DNA of 64,000 nucleotides, from contig NC_043004.1 of NCBI RefSeq assembly GCF_006345805.1, forward strand, positions 84,878,001 through 84,942,000. The letters run 5' to 3'. This DNA is from Octopus sinensis. Taxonomy: Eukaryota. This document shows, one piece after another, positions 13,330 to 28,082 of this stretch. The first letter of the stretch is position 1, and each line of letters begins with the position of its first letter. Position numbers and translations under genes: made by a program. The notes beneath the pieces are model-generated. The model was not told the origin of the DNA. It ran no database searches and saw only the letters and a program-made list of their open reading frames with translations.

Positions 13330-13832
13330 GGATTTTAATCACATGGAATTGAAATATACACACGCTGATATATAACCTACGTTGGACTCCTTATTCGCAT
13401 AATCACCGAACCTGGAGCTTAATTATTGTCTACCCATAGCACTTACCGTTACCTGACACCTATGGGTCATATTGACACAATTATCTCTCATACACGTCCA
13501 GACCACCAGCCCTCTTTCACACGCACATACATACTCTCTTATGCACACACGTACTTTCTTGTTAGGGGTCGTCTTTACTTTGTTATCTTCCCTACTTCTT
13601 CCTTCTCGTGTGTGACCCTTCTGTCCGAAGTCAGACGCTATGATAGACCATTAGCCACAACACACATTTTTTCTCAAGTTGTTTCTCTCCTTGTTTTATC
13701 TGTGTCCGTTTCTGTAGAAGAGCGTAGGCTCGAAACGTAAAAGACTTTTTCTGTTCCTTACCGTTATACTAATACATCTGTTTGTTTTCTACACCACCAG
13801 TCTTCGTCTTTTGTTTCTTTGGTAAACTCTCT

Positions 13833-13836
<4 letters not shown>
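13330..13836 (+). repeat. PLE-like 3' repeat with minimal hammerhead motif (family H3)
   Basis: TTT-CTGTAGA-A-GAGC-GTAG-GCTC-GAA-ACGT-A-AAAG at 13709-13743; ends in (TA)n. Confidence 0.65.
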
Positions 13837-13914
<78 letters not shown>

Positions 13915-14381
13915 ATAATATATATATATATATACATAAATGTGTGTGTGTATGTGTGTAATTGTTAAAGAATAGAATTTCATATGATACTGTGTCGAAC
14001 ATTAACAAAATAGCAATCATGCTCATTATGATAACATAACTAATATCTGTAGTGCGATATACGTAATTGAATACAAAAATATACATAGCATATCGGGTTC
14101 CATGTAAGCTTGTGTATCAGACAGTAAGTTGCATTCAGAAATATAATGCGTCTTAGTCTCTCTGTCTCGGCGCTAATAGCATCCAGATATTAATGTTATC
14201 ACTTTAGCAACATAGCTCAAGCAAAACCTACATCTTTGTTTCTGGGATTTGATCTTGAAGTAATTATTCCTAAAACATATTTGTGCATTTTCGGAATAAG
14301 TTTATGGACTAGAGATCATTACACAAAACATTTTAGGCAAATATATGGAGCTAAGAGAGCAGATATTAAGGTTTCTGTGGT

Positions 14382-14565
14382 CATTATTTGCATTATTTAT
14401 ATTTGACAGATATTTGTACGCATCTTGTTTGTTGTTAACACAACGGTTCGGCTGATATAACCTCCAGCCTTTATCAGGTGTCTTGGGAAAATTTCGAACA
14501 TAGGTTCTCATTCTTAAGGTATTTTCCCATGTTGTTGTTATTATTATTATATTATTATATTATTA

Positions 14566-14603
<38 letters not shown>

Positions 14604-14749
14604 TATTATTATTATCATTATTATTATTATGGGTGGTGGTGTTGTTGTTGTTGTTGTTATCCAGGTCACTGGCTGGAATCGGACTACGCCATATGCTCGT
14701 GGGCATATGGTGCAGTGACCTGAATAATGGTAATAATAATAATAATAAT

Positions 14750-14793
<44 letters not shown>

Positions 14794-14943
14794 TCAACAA
14801 CAACAATATCTTAGGAATGAAAACCCAGGTCCGAAATTTCCCCAAGACACCAGATGAAGGCTGGAGGGTATATCAGCCGAAAGGGTGTTAACAACAAGCA
14901 AGATGAGGATAAATATCCGTCAAATGTAAATAACGTGCATAAT
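14382..14943. mobile_element. Fold-back element: two head-to-head copies of a tRNA-head/(AAT)n/hammerhead SINE (family H2)
   Basis: 14382-14536 is the reverse complement of ~14790-14943. Central inverted repeats CAGGTCACTG/CAGTGACCTG (14662-14671/14713-14722) and CCATATGC/GCATATGG (14689-14696/14703-14710). Confidence 0.8.
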
Positions 14944-16207
14944 TCCTTATCTCTTAAATATAGAACTGTATTCTCTGTGGGCGTAATTAATTTTGAAATT
15001 ATTTTGACCTTAATTAGCTTTCTGTACAATGTAATGCATGTTGTGTAAAGCAGTAAGCTATTTTCCAGTTAATTTGATGAAACTTTATACTGTGTGTGTC
15101 TGTGATAAACATGACTGTTAAGTAGAGAATGATACTCAGCATTAAAATTTGCATCTACAAAACTATATGAATTAGACCAGCCTATGCTTGTGGATATAAC
15201 TCTGAATCCTAATTATTTTCTAGACTCGGTTGCATTTTTTTTGTTTTGTTTTCAACGTGCATAAGTTTATATGAATAGATCATTATTTATGAAGAACCTC
15301 AAGAACGATATTACTTTCTTTCTATATATGCACTCATTAACAGAGGAAATGTGGATTAAAACATGTATAATCTTAAAATGATAACTCTAGTAGAATCTGT
15401 TAACATAATTGTATACAATACACGATCTGGACTAGACATTTTTACACACCACAAATATTTATCCCCGAAGTTGTTATATCTCTCGTTACTATAATGATTT
15501 AGTCTTTGAACGCATTATCTCTCTTCGGTTTATATATATTGGCATTTTAGAATTTTGCACATTCTTATCTTCCTTATATATTGCATATCGAATATATTGT
15601 ATACTTATTGTATATGGCCAATAACGTAGATAAAAAAAAGTGCGATTGCTACCGCTACTTTGTAAAACATTGACATGTTGGACCGTCGGGTTATTTCTAA
15701 TCTGGTTATTCCTACAAACATTCTATCTAGCTTCCCAATTAGGGACGTGAGTACAGAATACACTTGCATAGACAGAGTCAATAACTTCAAAATTTTGGCA
15801 GCTAGATATTTATTATTTTACAATACAGAGACACACAGACTATAAAAATTCACTACTAAAAGAAATTAATTTACTAATAAATAAGTACTTTTACATGTTA
15901 CTTTTATATATATTTGCTGTATACTACATATGTTTCGAAAGATCACCCCGAACAGTATAATATAATATGATATAATATAATATATATATATATTGATACA
16001 CACATATATACACATGCGTATACTCTATATTCCATCACATGATTCTAGTTACGGGAACATATTGAGATCTGGTGTCATGTAACTGAATATCAGATGCATA
16101 AAAGGAAAATATGTCATGGCATAAAAGACCCAGAGGCATAACCATTCATGCACACACAAAGACATAGACACACACATACGCAAATACATACACATATATA
16201 TGTATAT

Positions 16208-16262
<55 letters not shown>

Positions 16263-16264
<2 letters not shown>

Positions 16265-16556
16265 CACGTGATCACGTGACCGACCAGACCATCAGATGTT
16301 GTTACACATCGCTGGTCACAATGCGTTCGCATTGTTTTAGCCTTCGAATGACGCCACCCCGCTGGCTAAGCGAGCAGGCCAACAGAAGAAAGAGTGGGAG
16401 AAAGAGTGGTGAAAGAGTACGGCAGGGATCACCACCCACTGCCGGAGCCTCTCGTGGAGCTTTTTAGGTGTTTTCGCTCAATAAACACACACAACGCCCG
16501 GTCTGGGAATCGAAACCGTGAGTCCGCTGCCCTAACCACTAGGACATTGTCGCCTC

Positions 16557-16558
<2 letters not shown>
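16263..16558 (-). mobile_element. tRNA-derived SINE (family C head, different 3' tail)
   Basis: Head and body homologous to 11325-11618. Confidence 0.8.
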
Positions 16559-16595
<37 letters not shown>

Positions 16596-16618
16596 TTTGT
16601 ATATATATATACATAATA

Positions 16619-17544
16619 TTTCTAATGCCAAATATGCCGAAAAATTGGACATATTGTCCATTAACCATATAATTTTTTCACAATACGCACGCTACTCGAA
16701 ATAAGGTCGACAGAAATTTCTAAAACATTCCACTATTACCATATCGGACCGATTTCAGCGTTAGCTTATAACAGCCCTCCCTTCGTCAGTGATACATGTG
16801 GCAAAATAAATAAATGAGATACATACTCATACCCATGGAAGAAGCAAACACTCAGTCATGAGCACAATTAAGTACCCCAAATACATCCAAAATACAAATA
16901 CGCCAGCCCATTCGAGACACGTGCGATTTGAACTGATGCTTTCACAGAGTGAGAGTCCGGAAGCGAACGCTTAAAGTTATATCTAATGTAGGATAAAATT
17001 GTTTTCGAAAAAAATTCATTTCTAAAAAAATGTTATCAATGGCCAGCATATAAAAATATACCTTTAAAGGTTAAATTTATAAACAATTGATAAATAAGGG
17101 CAAACGAAAAAATTTCTAATGCCAAATATGCCGAAAAATTGGACATATTGTCCATTAACCATATAATTTTTTCATAATACGCACGCTACTCGAAAAAAGG
17201 TCGACAGAAATTTCTAAAAAATTCCATTAATACCATATCGGACCGATTCCAGGGTTAGCTTATAACATCCCTCCCTTCTTAAGTGATACATGTGGCAAAA
17301 GAAATTAATGAGATACTTACTCATACCCATGGAAGAAGCAATCACTAAGTCATGAGCACAATTAAATACCCCAAATACATCCAAAATACAAATACTCCAG
17401 CCCATTCGAGACACGTGCGATTTGAACTGATGCTTTCACAGAGTAAATTTAACTTTAAAGGTACTTTTTAATATGCTGGGCATTGATAAAATTTTTTGAG
17501 AAATGAATATTTTTCGGAAAAAATTTAATCCTACATTAGATATA
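16619..17544 (-). repeat. Tandem 494-bp repeat with one hammerhead motif per unit plus an inverted terminal segment (family H5; PLE pseudo-LTR or retrozyme-like)
   Basis: Unit starts at 16619 and 17113. 17445-17544 is an inverted copy of 16978-17078. Hammerhead motifs at 16741-16795 and 17235-17289. Confidence 0.75.
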
Positions 17545-17583
17545 TATATATATATGTATGTATGTATGCATATTTATATATAT

Positions 17584-17700
<117 letters not shown>

Positions 17701-18609
17701 ATGCATGTATGTATGTAGATTTATATGTATTAAAAAATGGATAGTTCCAATTTTGAATAAAATTTATATTTTTAGCGATTTCTTCTGTTCTGAGAGAGAC
17801 GCCATAACTATCTCTCTGTCTATCTATCTAACTATCTATCTACTTCTCTCTCTTTCTCTTTATATATATACACATATAAATATACATCCATAGATTTACA
17901 TGTGTATGTAATTATATGTGCATGCATGTATGTATGCATGTATGTATTGCATAAACTTACATTCACATTTACGTCATAACAGTCACTTGCTAAACACTTT
18001 ATTTAGCTACCACAAATTCATCGACAAGATTTATATAGATATTAACAAGTTAGCAATCGACCCATTTTTAAATTTATTATTTATTTTACACTTTAACTTG
18101 AGAAAATATAACATTGTTCACGTCAGTAGACAATTAATGCATATAAATATACAATTTATTATATAGTAGCGTCTCAATATATATGAATAAAATGACATTG
18201 ATATTCGAAACTTATATCGTCTGGGATTGTGATATCTTGGTGAAATGCAATGCAGAGAAAAAATCTTCTTCTGATTTAGAAAATAATTCTACGTATAGTA
18301 AAGCTTAAATAGATATTCCAAAATGTTTTTCAGTGAAATCCAATTCTTCACAAACTACATTGTCTTGTAATTAAAACACGACGCGTCCAAAATAACAGCA
18401 GTTGCAACTTTTTATTCTGAATATCGTTTTCTTCATGTTTCCCCAAAATGTTTTCGAGCTTAGAGGTACCTTCTGTGGATTTGTTCTTAAGAAGTTTGCC
18501 CGACAACTACATGCTTCCGGGGCCAGGCCCTACTCACTGCGTAAGTGTCTTCTATAATGGCCTCACCCAACTAAACAGTGCGAGTCGATTTGTTCAACAG
18601 AATTTGGAA

Positions 18610-18835
18610 CCTCACATGCATGTATGTGTCTGTGTTGGCTTCCTGTCGCCGTCAAACTGCTAAACGCTGTACGTGTGTTTACGTCCCCGCAGTCGAGCGT
18701 TTCGTCAGAAGACACTGCAAGAATAAGTATCAGGTTTTAAAAATACACACAGAGGTCGATTTCTACGCCTATATTTCTTCTTAGAAGTGGTGTTCCAGCG
18801 TTACTACAGTCTACTAACCGCGACCAGTAAAAGAA
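18610..18835 (+). mobile_element. Diverged 3' part of SINE family B
   Basis: GTGTGTTTACGTCCCCG..AGAATAAGTA..GTGTTCCAGC..CAGTAAAAGA matches the family B tail. Confidence 0.6.
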
Positions 18836-19329
18836 TAATATAATATATATTGGTTGGCTTTCTGTTTATCAGTGTCACACAAATTCGGTGTAATATAGTA
18901 TATATTTTCAATATCTGGCCCCAGACGGAAGATTAAATGCATTTGTAACGCTTGGAATGTATTCGAATAAATGGATATAGTAGAATAATATACGCTTTTG
19001 TGTGTTGTAATAATTTACTTGTTTAGATGCGCTTCAGAAATAATAGGATACAAATGTTTCTAGTCAAATAATACAATATATTAAAGTGTTCAATTCATTT
19101 CATATTCTATATATCTTTTTTATCTTTTCATACAGTCAGTATTCAGCCATGTTGTTAGTGTCTGAGCAGGTTTCAATGAAATGGCTGAAGGATTTAATCA
19201 AACAAATCGACGACCCTAATATATTTCTGTATTTGTTGGTCATTTTATCGGCTTATTTCCGAACCGCTGGTATAAAAAATTCATTGAGACAATGTTAATT
19301 AAAAGGCAGTGAGAAACTAATACATAGCA

Positions 19330-19810
19330 ATCAGACGCAGATATATACAAACGCGCACACGAACAAACACGCATACTCACATACACACACATATATATAT
19401 ACATACGCACACATATGCATACATGCACCAACATACACACGCACATGCACACACACACATACACATATAGACATGCATACACAGAAACTCAAACACTCAA
19501 ACACACACTCCTTATACATACATGCACACGCTCAAGCACACACAGATACACGCATACACATACATACATACGAACTCACAGACACACAGGCACACACACG
19601 CACGCACACGCACACATACACACATACACACACGCGCGCACATACACTCGCACACGCACAAAAACATACACAAAACACGCACGCACGCACATACGTACAA
19701 GTACACACCTACAAACCTACACACGCACACACACAAACACATGTACGCACATAAACACACGCACACTCACATACAAACGTACGCACACACACATGTATAC
19801 ACAAACAAAC
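19330..19810. repeat. Long degenerate (CA)n low-complexity tract
   Basis: About 480 bp of cryptic CA/CACG/CATA repeats; source of the H/T-rich spurious ORFs. Confidence 0.9.
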
Positions 19811-21085
19811 ACTTATCGAAATGATACAGACTTTTCCAGACTCGGGTACGTATAAACCTATTTTTATGATAATGGCGTCCATAATATTTCTCTAGCAAAC
19901 ACACAGAAGCAGTTACCGGCCGGAGGCTATAGTACTTGATATGCATGAAAGAATATGTATAAACAATAACACATACAATTTAACTGAAAATTCAGGGCGC
20001 ACCTTACAGACTGTTTCTGTATTTTGCAGTTTGTCTCTCGTTCTTTACTTTACGACGGTAAATAAGGCCCCTACACGTCTCCAGAAAAAAAGTTATCCGG
20101 CTAGTGATCACTTACTATCCCGTTATCTCATCAAAATTCTCTGCAACATTTAAACTGAACTCACCAATTCTACATCAATACTTGCATAAACTAAACACAC
20201 ACAGAGCCAATCGTGTGTAAAAGCACACAGATATAAGGATATCGCTGAACGTCTCTGCTGCCAGCTATTTGAAACAGCGAACTGTTCGTTAATGCGGCGA
20301 TTCGTAGAATCCAACTTTTGCTATTAAAACTAAGAACACAAACTAAAATCGTTTAAGGTGCAGTTTCTCCTCGATACCTTGCCAAAGAACATGAGAGACA
20401 TACGGAAATTGGTGTAAATTTATTCATTTGGCAAGAATTTCAATGTAATGCTGCTACATCTTATTCTCCCATTCACGGAGAAGCCAAATGCAGAAGACTC
20501 TCTCGTTCCGTTGTTGCAGTAGAAATTAGCATTGGCGGGGTCCCAGAGCAACGGCAGAACTTGGATGGATTCTAGTAATACAATAAAAGCTTTATAAACT
20601 ACCGAATAAAATACTCGTATTCACCAGTAAAATATGCTTAAATGTTATGAAATTTATAATGCTGTAATAAAAAGACCTCTTTCTTCGTTGCACTTTAGGA
20701 GCATATCTATCTATCATCTGTCTATCAACCTATACATTTGTGTGTTTGAGTGTGTGTATAAAGAGATAAATAGATACATGGATAGATAGATATACATGTC
20801 ACTATATACGTACGTATATGTTTATAGTTACGTATGTATATATATATATATCAGCAAGCATAGATGCTTTAAATAATGAATTCAAAACTTTTAAACTGTC
20901 ATATACATTATATATTTATACTTATATACATTTACGTAAATTTTATACATATTTATATTTAATTATGTACATATTTTTAATACAGCAATTATTTTTCACA
21001 CGCGTATATCTTTCTGAGGAGTTTTGGTATTGATTTCCTAATATCAATAATAATATATTATTAAAAAAATTTATATGTATATAAA

Positions 21086-21510
21086 GGAGTGGCTGTGTAG
21101 TAAGTAGCTTGTTTACCAACCACGTGCTTCTGGGTTCAGTCCCACTGCGTGGCACCTTGGACAACTATCTTCTACTATAGCCTCCGGCCGACCAAAGTCT
21201 TGTGAGTGGATTTGGTAGACGGAAACTGAAAGAAGCCCGTCGTATATATGTATATATATATATATATAATATATATATATATATTATATATATATATGCG
21301 TGTGTGTGTTTGTGTGAGTGTGTTTGTCCCCCTAGCATTGCTTGACAACCGATGCTGGTGTGTTTATGTCCCCGTTACTTAGCGGTTCGGCAAAAGAGTC
21401 CGATAGAATAATTACTGGGCTTACAAAAGAATAAGTCCCGGGGTCGAGTTGCTCAATTAAAGGCGGTGCTCCAGCATGGCTGCAGTCAAATGACTGAAAC
21501 AAGTAAAAGA
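21086..21510 (+). mobile_element. Full-length tRNA-derived SINE family B
   Basis: Head GTGGCTGTGTAGTAAG..GGTTCAGTCCC, body, internal (TA)n/(TG)n, and tail ending in (GAGTAAAA)n. Confidence 0.9.
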
Positions 21511-21537
21511 GTAAAAAAGAGAGAGTATATATATATA

Positions 21538-21584
<47 letters not shown>

Positions 21585-22788
21585 TATGTGTGTATGGGTG
21601 TGTGCGTTTGTGTGTGTTATATACACGAATATTTATACTTCAGTGAACAATCTTAAAATCAGAGAGAATTAAAATGGATTCTCACAAACTTAGTTACCCC
21701 AATAAGTCTTACACAAGATTTCAGGAGCCTAATTGTCTTGCTATTTACAAATACAATAGTTGTGGCTAGCAACCAGATACCGTCCAGCAATGTTAACACC
21801 CTTAATTTGAGCATACCCAACTTAATTTCTGCGCATTCATTTAACTGTGAAAATACATTATTTGTTGAACCTAGTATGTATGGCAGATTGAAGATTTGAT
21901 TGGACACCAGAGAGAAATGAAATAATGATATTTAAAATAGAAAAGAAGAAAAATGAAGGGGAAAAATATAAAAAAACAAAACGTCCCGTCCTACAAATCT
22001 ACACACCGTATATTCACTAACGCTATACAGAAATCGGCTTTCTACACGCTCTTTCGGGCTGCTTATTTACTAGACAAGATAAGACTTTATGCCTAGATAC
22101 TCAGTAGAAGAGACTTTCTGAGTGCAATTCATAAACCAAGTGATTATTGATTACGGCTGAAAGAATTCTATGTATCGCATACAATGTTTAATACAAAGAA
22201 TTTGATACCCTACTAAATATTAGAATATTAGAAATACTGAAAATAAACAAATCCCCCACGCAATATGTGAAGCATATGAAATGAAAATATAAACGTAAAT
22301 ATTTTTGTGAGAAGAAATTTCAAAAATAACGTCTCTATTTTCGTGTGACTTGTTTGTTTTAATTCATCTCAATAATTTCAAGATGAAACTTGATTACATG
22401 CGATATAAATAGAGACAAACCAACTTCCTCTCTTCCCACGCTCTCCCTCTTTCTCCCCGTTTCTCACTTCCAGTGAAAATATATCGCAAATACATACGTT
22501 TGTATGTGAATGGATTATTCATGACTATATATGTATGTGAGTGTGTGTGAGTGTGTGCACGAATGTGTGTGTGTGTTTGTCTATGTCTTTGTGTTTGTGT
22601 GTGCTGAAATATTGATCAGAAACAGCGCTGATTCCGTAAACAATATCGAATTGTCGACCAAGCATTCTCAAGTTATGTGCGGCTTGCACCCCATGTTTGA
22701 CGCTAGGTTGCGAATTAGAGCGGCGGTGATAATTCCCTCAAATAGCTGTGTTAGATATATGTGTGTATGTTTGTGCATGTATGCTTAT

Positions 22789-22838
<50 letters not shown>

Positions 22839-23276
22839 CAATTCAAAAATTTAAATTTATTAACATTAAACCATGTTATGCTATATTCTTATAATAATAT
22901 AATATAATACATATTAAATACAAATTACATACACTTGTGTCGATTCTTACCCATAATAAAATTATAACAAATCATTGGCTGTGAATAACGATATTTGGAA
23001 AAAAATTATATGTACAAAGGTGAGAATCGTGGTCTCTTCTTGCCCCATAATTATATGTTAATTATTAGCGCCCTTGCTGATGATGAACATGGATAACATT
23101 ATTTTATTTGTTCATTAATGTCTGAAACCTAGGTACACGTGGTGACTATTGAAAATGCTTTTATTATACATTCCTTTCGAGATTACACTTAACCGTGATT
23201 TAGACTTTGGCTATTCCTTTCAACATGCCTGGTGTCCTATAAGGGGGTCACTTTTTTTGTGTATAAATTTACACAA

Positions 23277-23325
<49 letters not shown>

Positions 23326-24154
23326 ATAAACATACTATATATGTATGTGAGTGTGTGTAAGTGTGTGCACGTATGTGTGTGTGTGTGTTTGTGTGTGTTT
23401 ATAAACATACCCCAACGCACATATACATATAGATCTATCTGTATTCATGAGTGTATGACTGAAAATAGTTTCAGGGATATTAATTATGCTAAAAAAGAAA
23501 CTGTGTTCTCTAAATGACCAAAGCATGCCAGAATTGATCCAGAACCAAATTTGACCCGTTCCAACTAAATCACAAAAATATTCTACAAAATTGAACATGG
23601 TGTGTGTCAGACTAATATGGAAAAGGCGGCGTCTGGCAAAAAACTTTAGCACGTCGGGAAAATGCTTATCGGTATTTCACCTGTTTGTGTTCAGTTTGCA
23701 AATTCCGTCTTACTCTCAAGTTCCTGTTTTCAAATCCACGTAAATAAGTACAGTGGTTTGTGGCTGAATAAATTCTAGATTATTTGGAATGACTGCACAC
23801 TTTGGTCGGGATTCTGGTATTGTCTTCTTAACAAGACACGAACAGTAACACTAATATATCTTTGGGGTCCAGCTTGATAGTGTGTATCATAAAACCATGA
23901 CCTATCGGAAAGAACACTGCAACTCCATCACATGTTCCTCGCCACTTTGGAGCAGCTCACATAATTTCACAGTTACCCCAGCTGTCGTGTGTCTACATTG
24001 CATATTCTAGATAAGTCTAGAAAGAAAATAAGACAACGGCACTAAAAATTTTCACCGGAGAGTTTTGAACGTGTCTTTTGTTGATATAACTTCAGAAACT
24101 TCCCATTATAACAATGGAAATAAGATACGTTTTTCACATATTGTAGGAATATAT

Positions 24155-24385
24155 ATTTCTTTATTGCCCACAAGGGGCTAAACACAGAGAGGACAAACAA
24201 GGACAAACAAAGGGATTAAGTCGGTTACATCGACCCCAGTGCGAAACTGGTACTCTTATTTATCGACCTCGAAAGGATGGAAGGCAAAGTCGACCTCGGC
24301 GGAATTTGAACTCAGAACGTAACGACAGACGAAATACCGCTAAGCATTCCGCTCGGCGCTCTAACGTGTCTGCCAGCTCGTCGCC
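24155..24385 (-). mobile_element. SINE family A with 13-bp target-site duplication
   Basis: Full-length copy flanked by TTGTAGGAATATA at 24141-24153 and 24392-24404. Confidence 0.92.
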
Positions 24386-24986
24386 TCTTTTTTGTAGGAA
24401 TATAATGATATCTTAATGAATTTAATGTGGGCCAGTAAACTATTTGTTAATCTGATGTTGGTACATTTGCTGATGGATGCGAATACAGTTTTAGATATTT
24501 GGAATCTTGCATTTAATTATTACTTAATTCTGTTCGTATTCATAGGTGTGTGAATTATGCTGTGTTTGTGTTTTAAACGTTGGTGGAACCTGTGTTGGTG
24601 ATTGTGAGGTGCGGATGTGGATGATAGTGGAAGAGGTGATAATTTTGTTGAGATTGCAGTAGTTAATATTTGACGACCCCAAGGTGTATCACTGCGCCAA
24701 ACCTACCCCATCATTTTTTCAAATCTTCTATTACTTTTGTTTAAATGTCTTTTTTTTTTTTATGAAGTTCCTATTAACTGTTGGAAATAATTTCCCACAC
24801 ATTCAGTAAATGATTTTTTTCCATCTGTGTTGTCTGAATATTTTCAAACGAAATTAAAAGAATTTAAACTCGAGGAACCCAGATAATAGTTTAGTTATCA
24901 CCAAACAGACTGACGGGATGTAGATTTTTTTTATTTTTATTAAACAGAGAAACTGTTTTAAATATGTTGCCAGTACTATATAAGCA

Positions 24987-25043
<57 letters not shown>

Positions 25044-25104
25044 ATATATATTATACATATATATATATGCATATATATACACATACATATACATATACAT
25101 ATGT

Positions 25105-25162
<58 letters not shown>

Positions 25163-25209
25163 ATATTTATATACATAAGTGTGTGTGTGTATATATATAT
25201 ATATATTCT

Positions 25210-25375
25210 TTTATTCTTTTACTTGTTTCACTCATTTGATTGGAGTCATGCTGGAGCATCGCCGTTTAGCCTAAAACATTGTCACCTCGACTTATTCTTT
25301 GTAAGTCTGGTACTTATTCCATCAATCTCTTCTGCCGAGCAGCTAAGTTACATGCACTTAAACACACCAACATCG
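25210..25375 (-). mobile_element. SINE family B 3' tail fragment
   Basis: TTTACTTGTTTCA..CATGCTGGAGCA..GTAAGTCTGGTACTTATTC..TGCCGAGCAGCTAAGTTAC matches the reverse complement of the family B tail. Confidence 0.7.
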
Positions 25376-25972
25376 TATGTATGTATAGGCATCTTAGACA
25401 AAAGAACAGAGAATAAATATGCTAGCGGGAAACCAGCAGCATATATAAAGATATGTATTCGCGTGTTGTTACTTTGGTGCTTTCCAACACCACCGCAACA
25501 AGCACTACACAACCGGTGTTGTTATGTTTCAGTCTTCACAACCTATGGTAAGTACATATATAATTGTGAATGCATGCGTGTAAATGTATACAAATCTTCA
25601 AAAAGCATATATATATATACGCCATTATAATCTTTGTGCGTCTTGAAATTTTTTGAAATCATGCTGTTTTGAAATTTTACAGAGCCTTTGTTTACGTTAC
25701 ATTAATTTTTAATCCCCGCGGATCCTCCTCAGATAATTCATCGATGGTATCTTCATTTAATTCCTGAGCCTTTCTAAATATATCAGGAAAATGACATGAA
25801 ATGGAATATATTTTGAGAATCACACAAATATTTTCACAAATGGTCAAACTATTTTTACATCTTTGAATATTATTATATTCAAATTAGATCTATTATGTGG
25901 CATGTATTCATGCATACATACATATATGTGTATATATATATACATACATATATATATATATGTATATATATG

Positions 25973-26586
<614 letters not shown>

Positions 26587-27100
26587 TATAAATGTGTGAG
26601 CGTTCATATATGTATATATATCTGTATGTGTCTATGTATGCTTGATTATATATATATATGTATGTGTGCACGTATGCATGTATGTAGGCGGCTAAGTGAA
26701 TATGCACTCGCTCTCGTATTTACGCAATGAATTCTGTGACCGCTTTGTGTATTACAATTTGCAGTAGAGTCTCCCAATAGACATTTCCATTCACTGAATA
26801 ATTGAATAAAGCATTAAAAAAAATTTGAAAGCTGCACAGACTTTCCTTCGTATTATTTATTCTATTTTCTGAATTGATATTTTCCGACATAAACCCCTTG
26901 TCATATAGATTTATCATTGAATTCATTTCACTTCAATGAAGTAATGAATTGATAAATATAAAAATAAAATATTGATGCTCAAAATAATCATTATTTTTTG
27001 ATAACGATCTCATTATGATAAAATAAATATAATAATGATAATGATGATGATGATGACGATGACGATGATTATCATGATGATCATAATAATGGTCATAATG

Positions 27101-27119
<19 letters not shown>

Positions 27120-27170
<51 letters not shown>

Positions 27171-27201
27171 TATTATCATCATCATCATCATCATCATCAT
27201 C

Positions 27202-27269
<68 letters not shown>

Positions 27270-27849
27270 TATCATCATCATCATCATTATAATAATAATA
27301 ATTATTATTATTATAACAGCAACATCAGAAGCAACTCCAATAATGGCAGTACTAATGATACTTAAAATTGCGAAATGCTTAGTTGGCCTTTCACTCAGCT
27401 TTCCCTTCTGAGTTCAAATTACACGTGGCCGACTTTGGTTTCGATAAATTAAGTACCAGTGAGATATGGGATCGCTGAAATCGACAGGTCTCCCTCCTCT
27501 AAATGTCAGGACTGGTACGTTTTTAGAAAGGATGATTATTATAGACGTCGCACAGTATACAATATCGTGAGTCGTGTCTACTGGGGGTCTGTACTGTTTG
27601 CCATATCACAAAGAGTAACTCAGACACACAATACTCTACGAAATATGCATGCAGTTCCAAGTAATGCCGACTTTTACAATACCCTATATTTTTGGATATT
27701 TCTAAAGTTCTCAGAGTTTTTCTTTTTTTTTCACATTGGGTGGTATTGAACCCAATGCTCCTATGACAAAAGGTATAACCTTTATGCTTGAATCACTTAG
27801 CTGCCACATCTGAGCCATCTCAATTCTCAGGTTTCCATATTTATCAACC

Positions 27850-27891
<42 letters not shown>

Positions 27892-27896
27892 CTCTC

Positions 27897-27927
<31 letters not shown>

Positions 27928-28015
27928 ATGATGATATATTGATCTCCTGGACGCTGCCACGTCAATTATTATTATTATTACTATTATTATCATCATCATC
28001 ATCATCATCATCATC

Positions 28016-28082
<67 letters not shown>

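Noticed and set aside
20200-20260. CCAAT plus TATA-like promoter motifs; also a YY1-like GCCATCTTG near 62456
   Set aside because: Short motifs expected by chance, with no associated gene or first exon identified.
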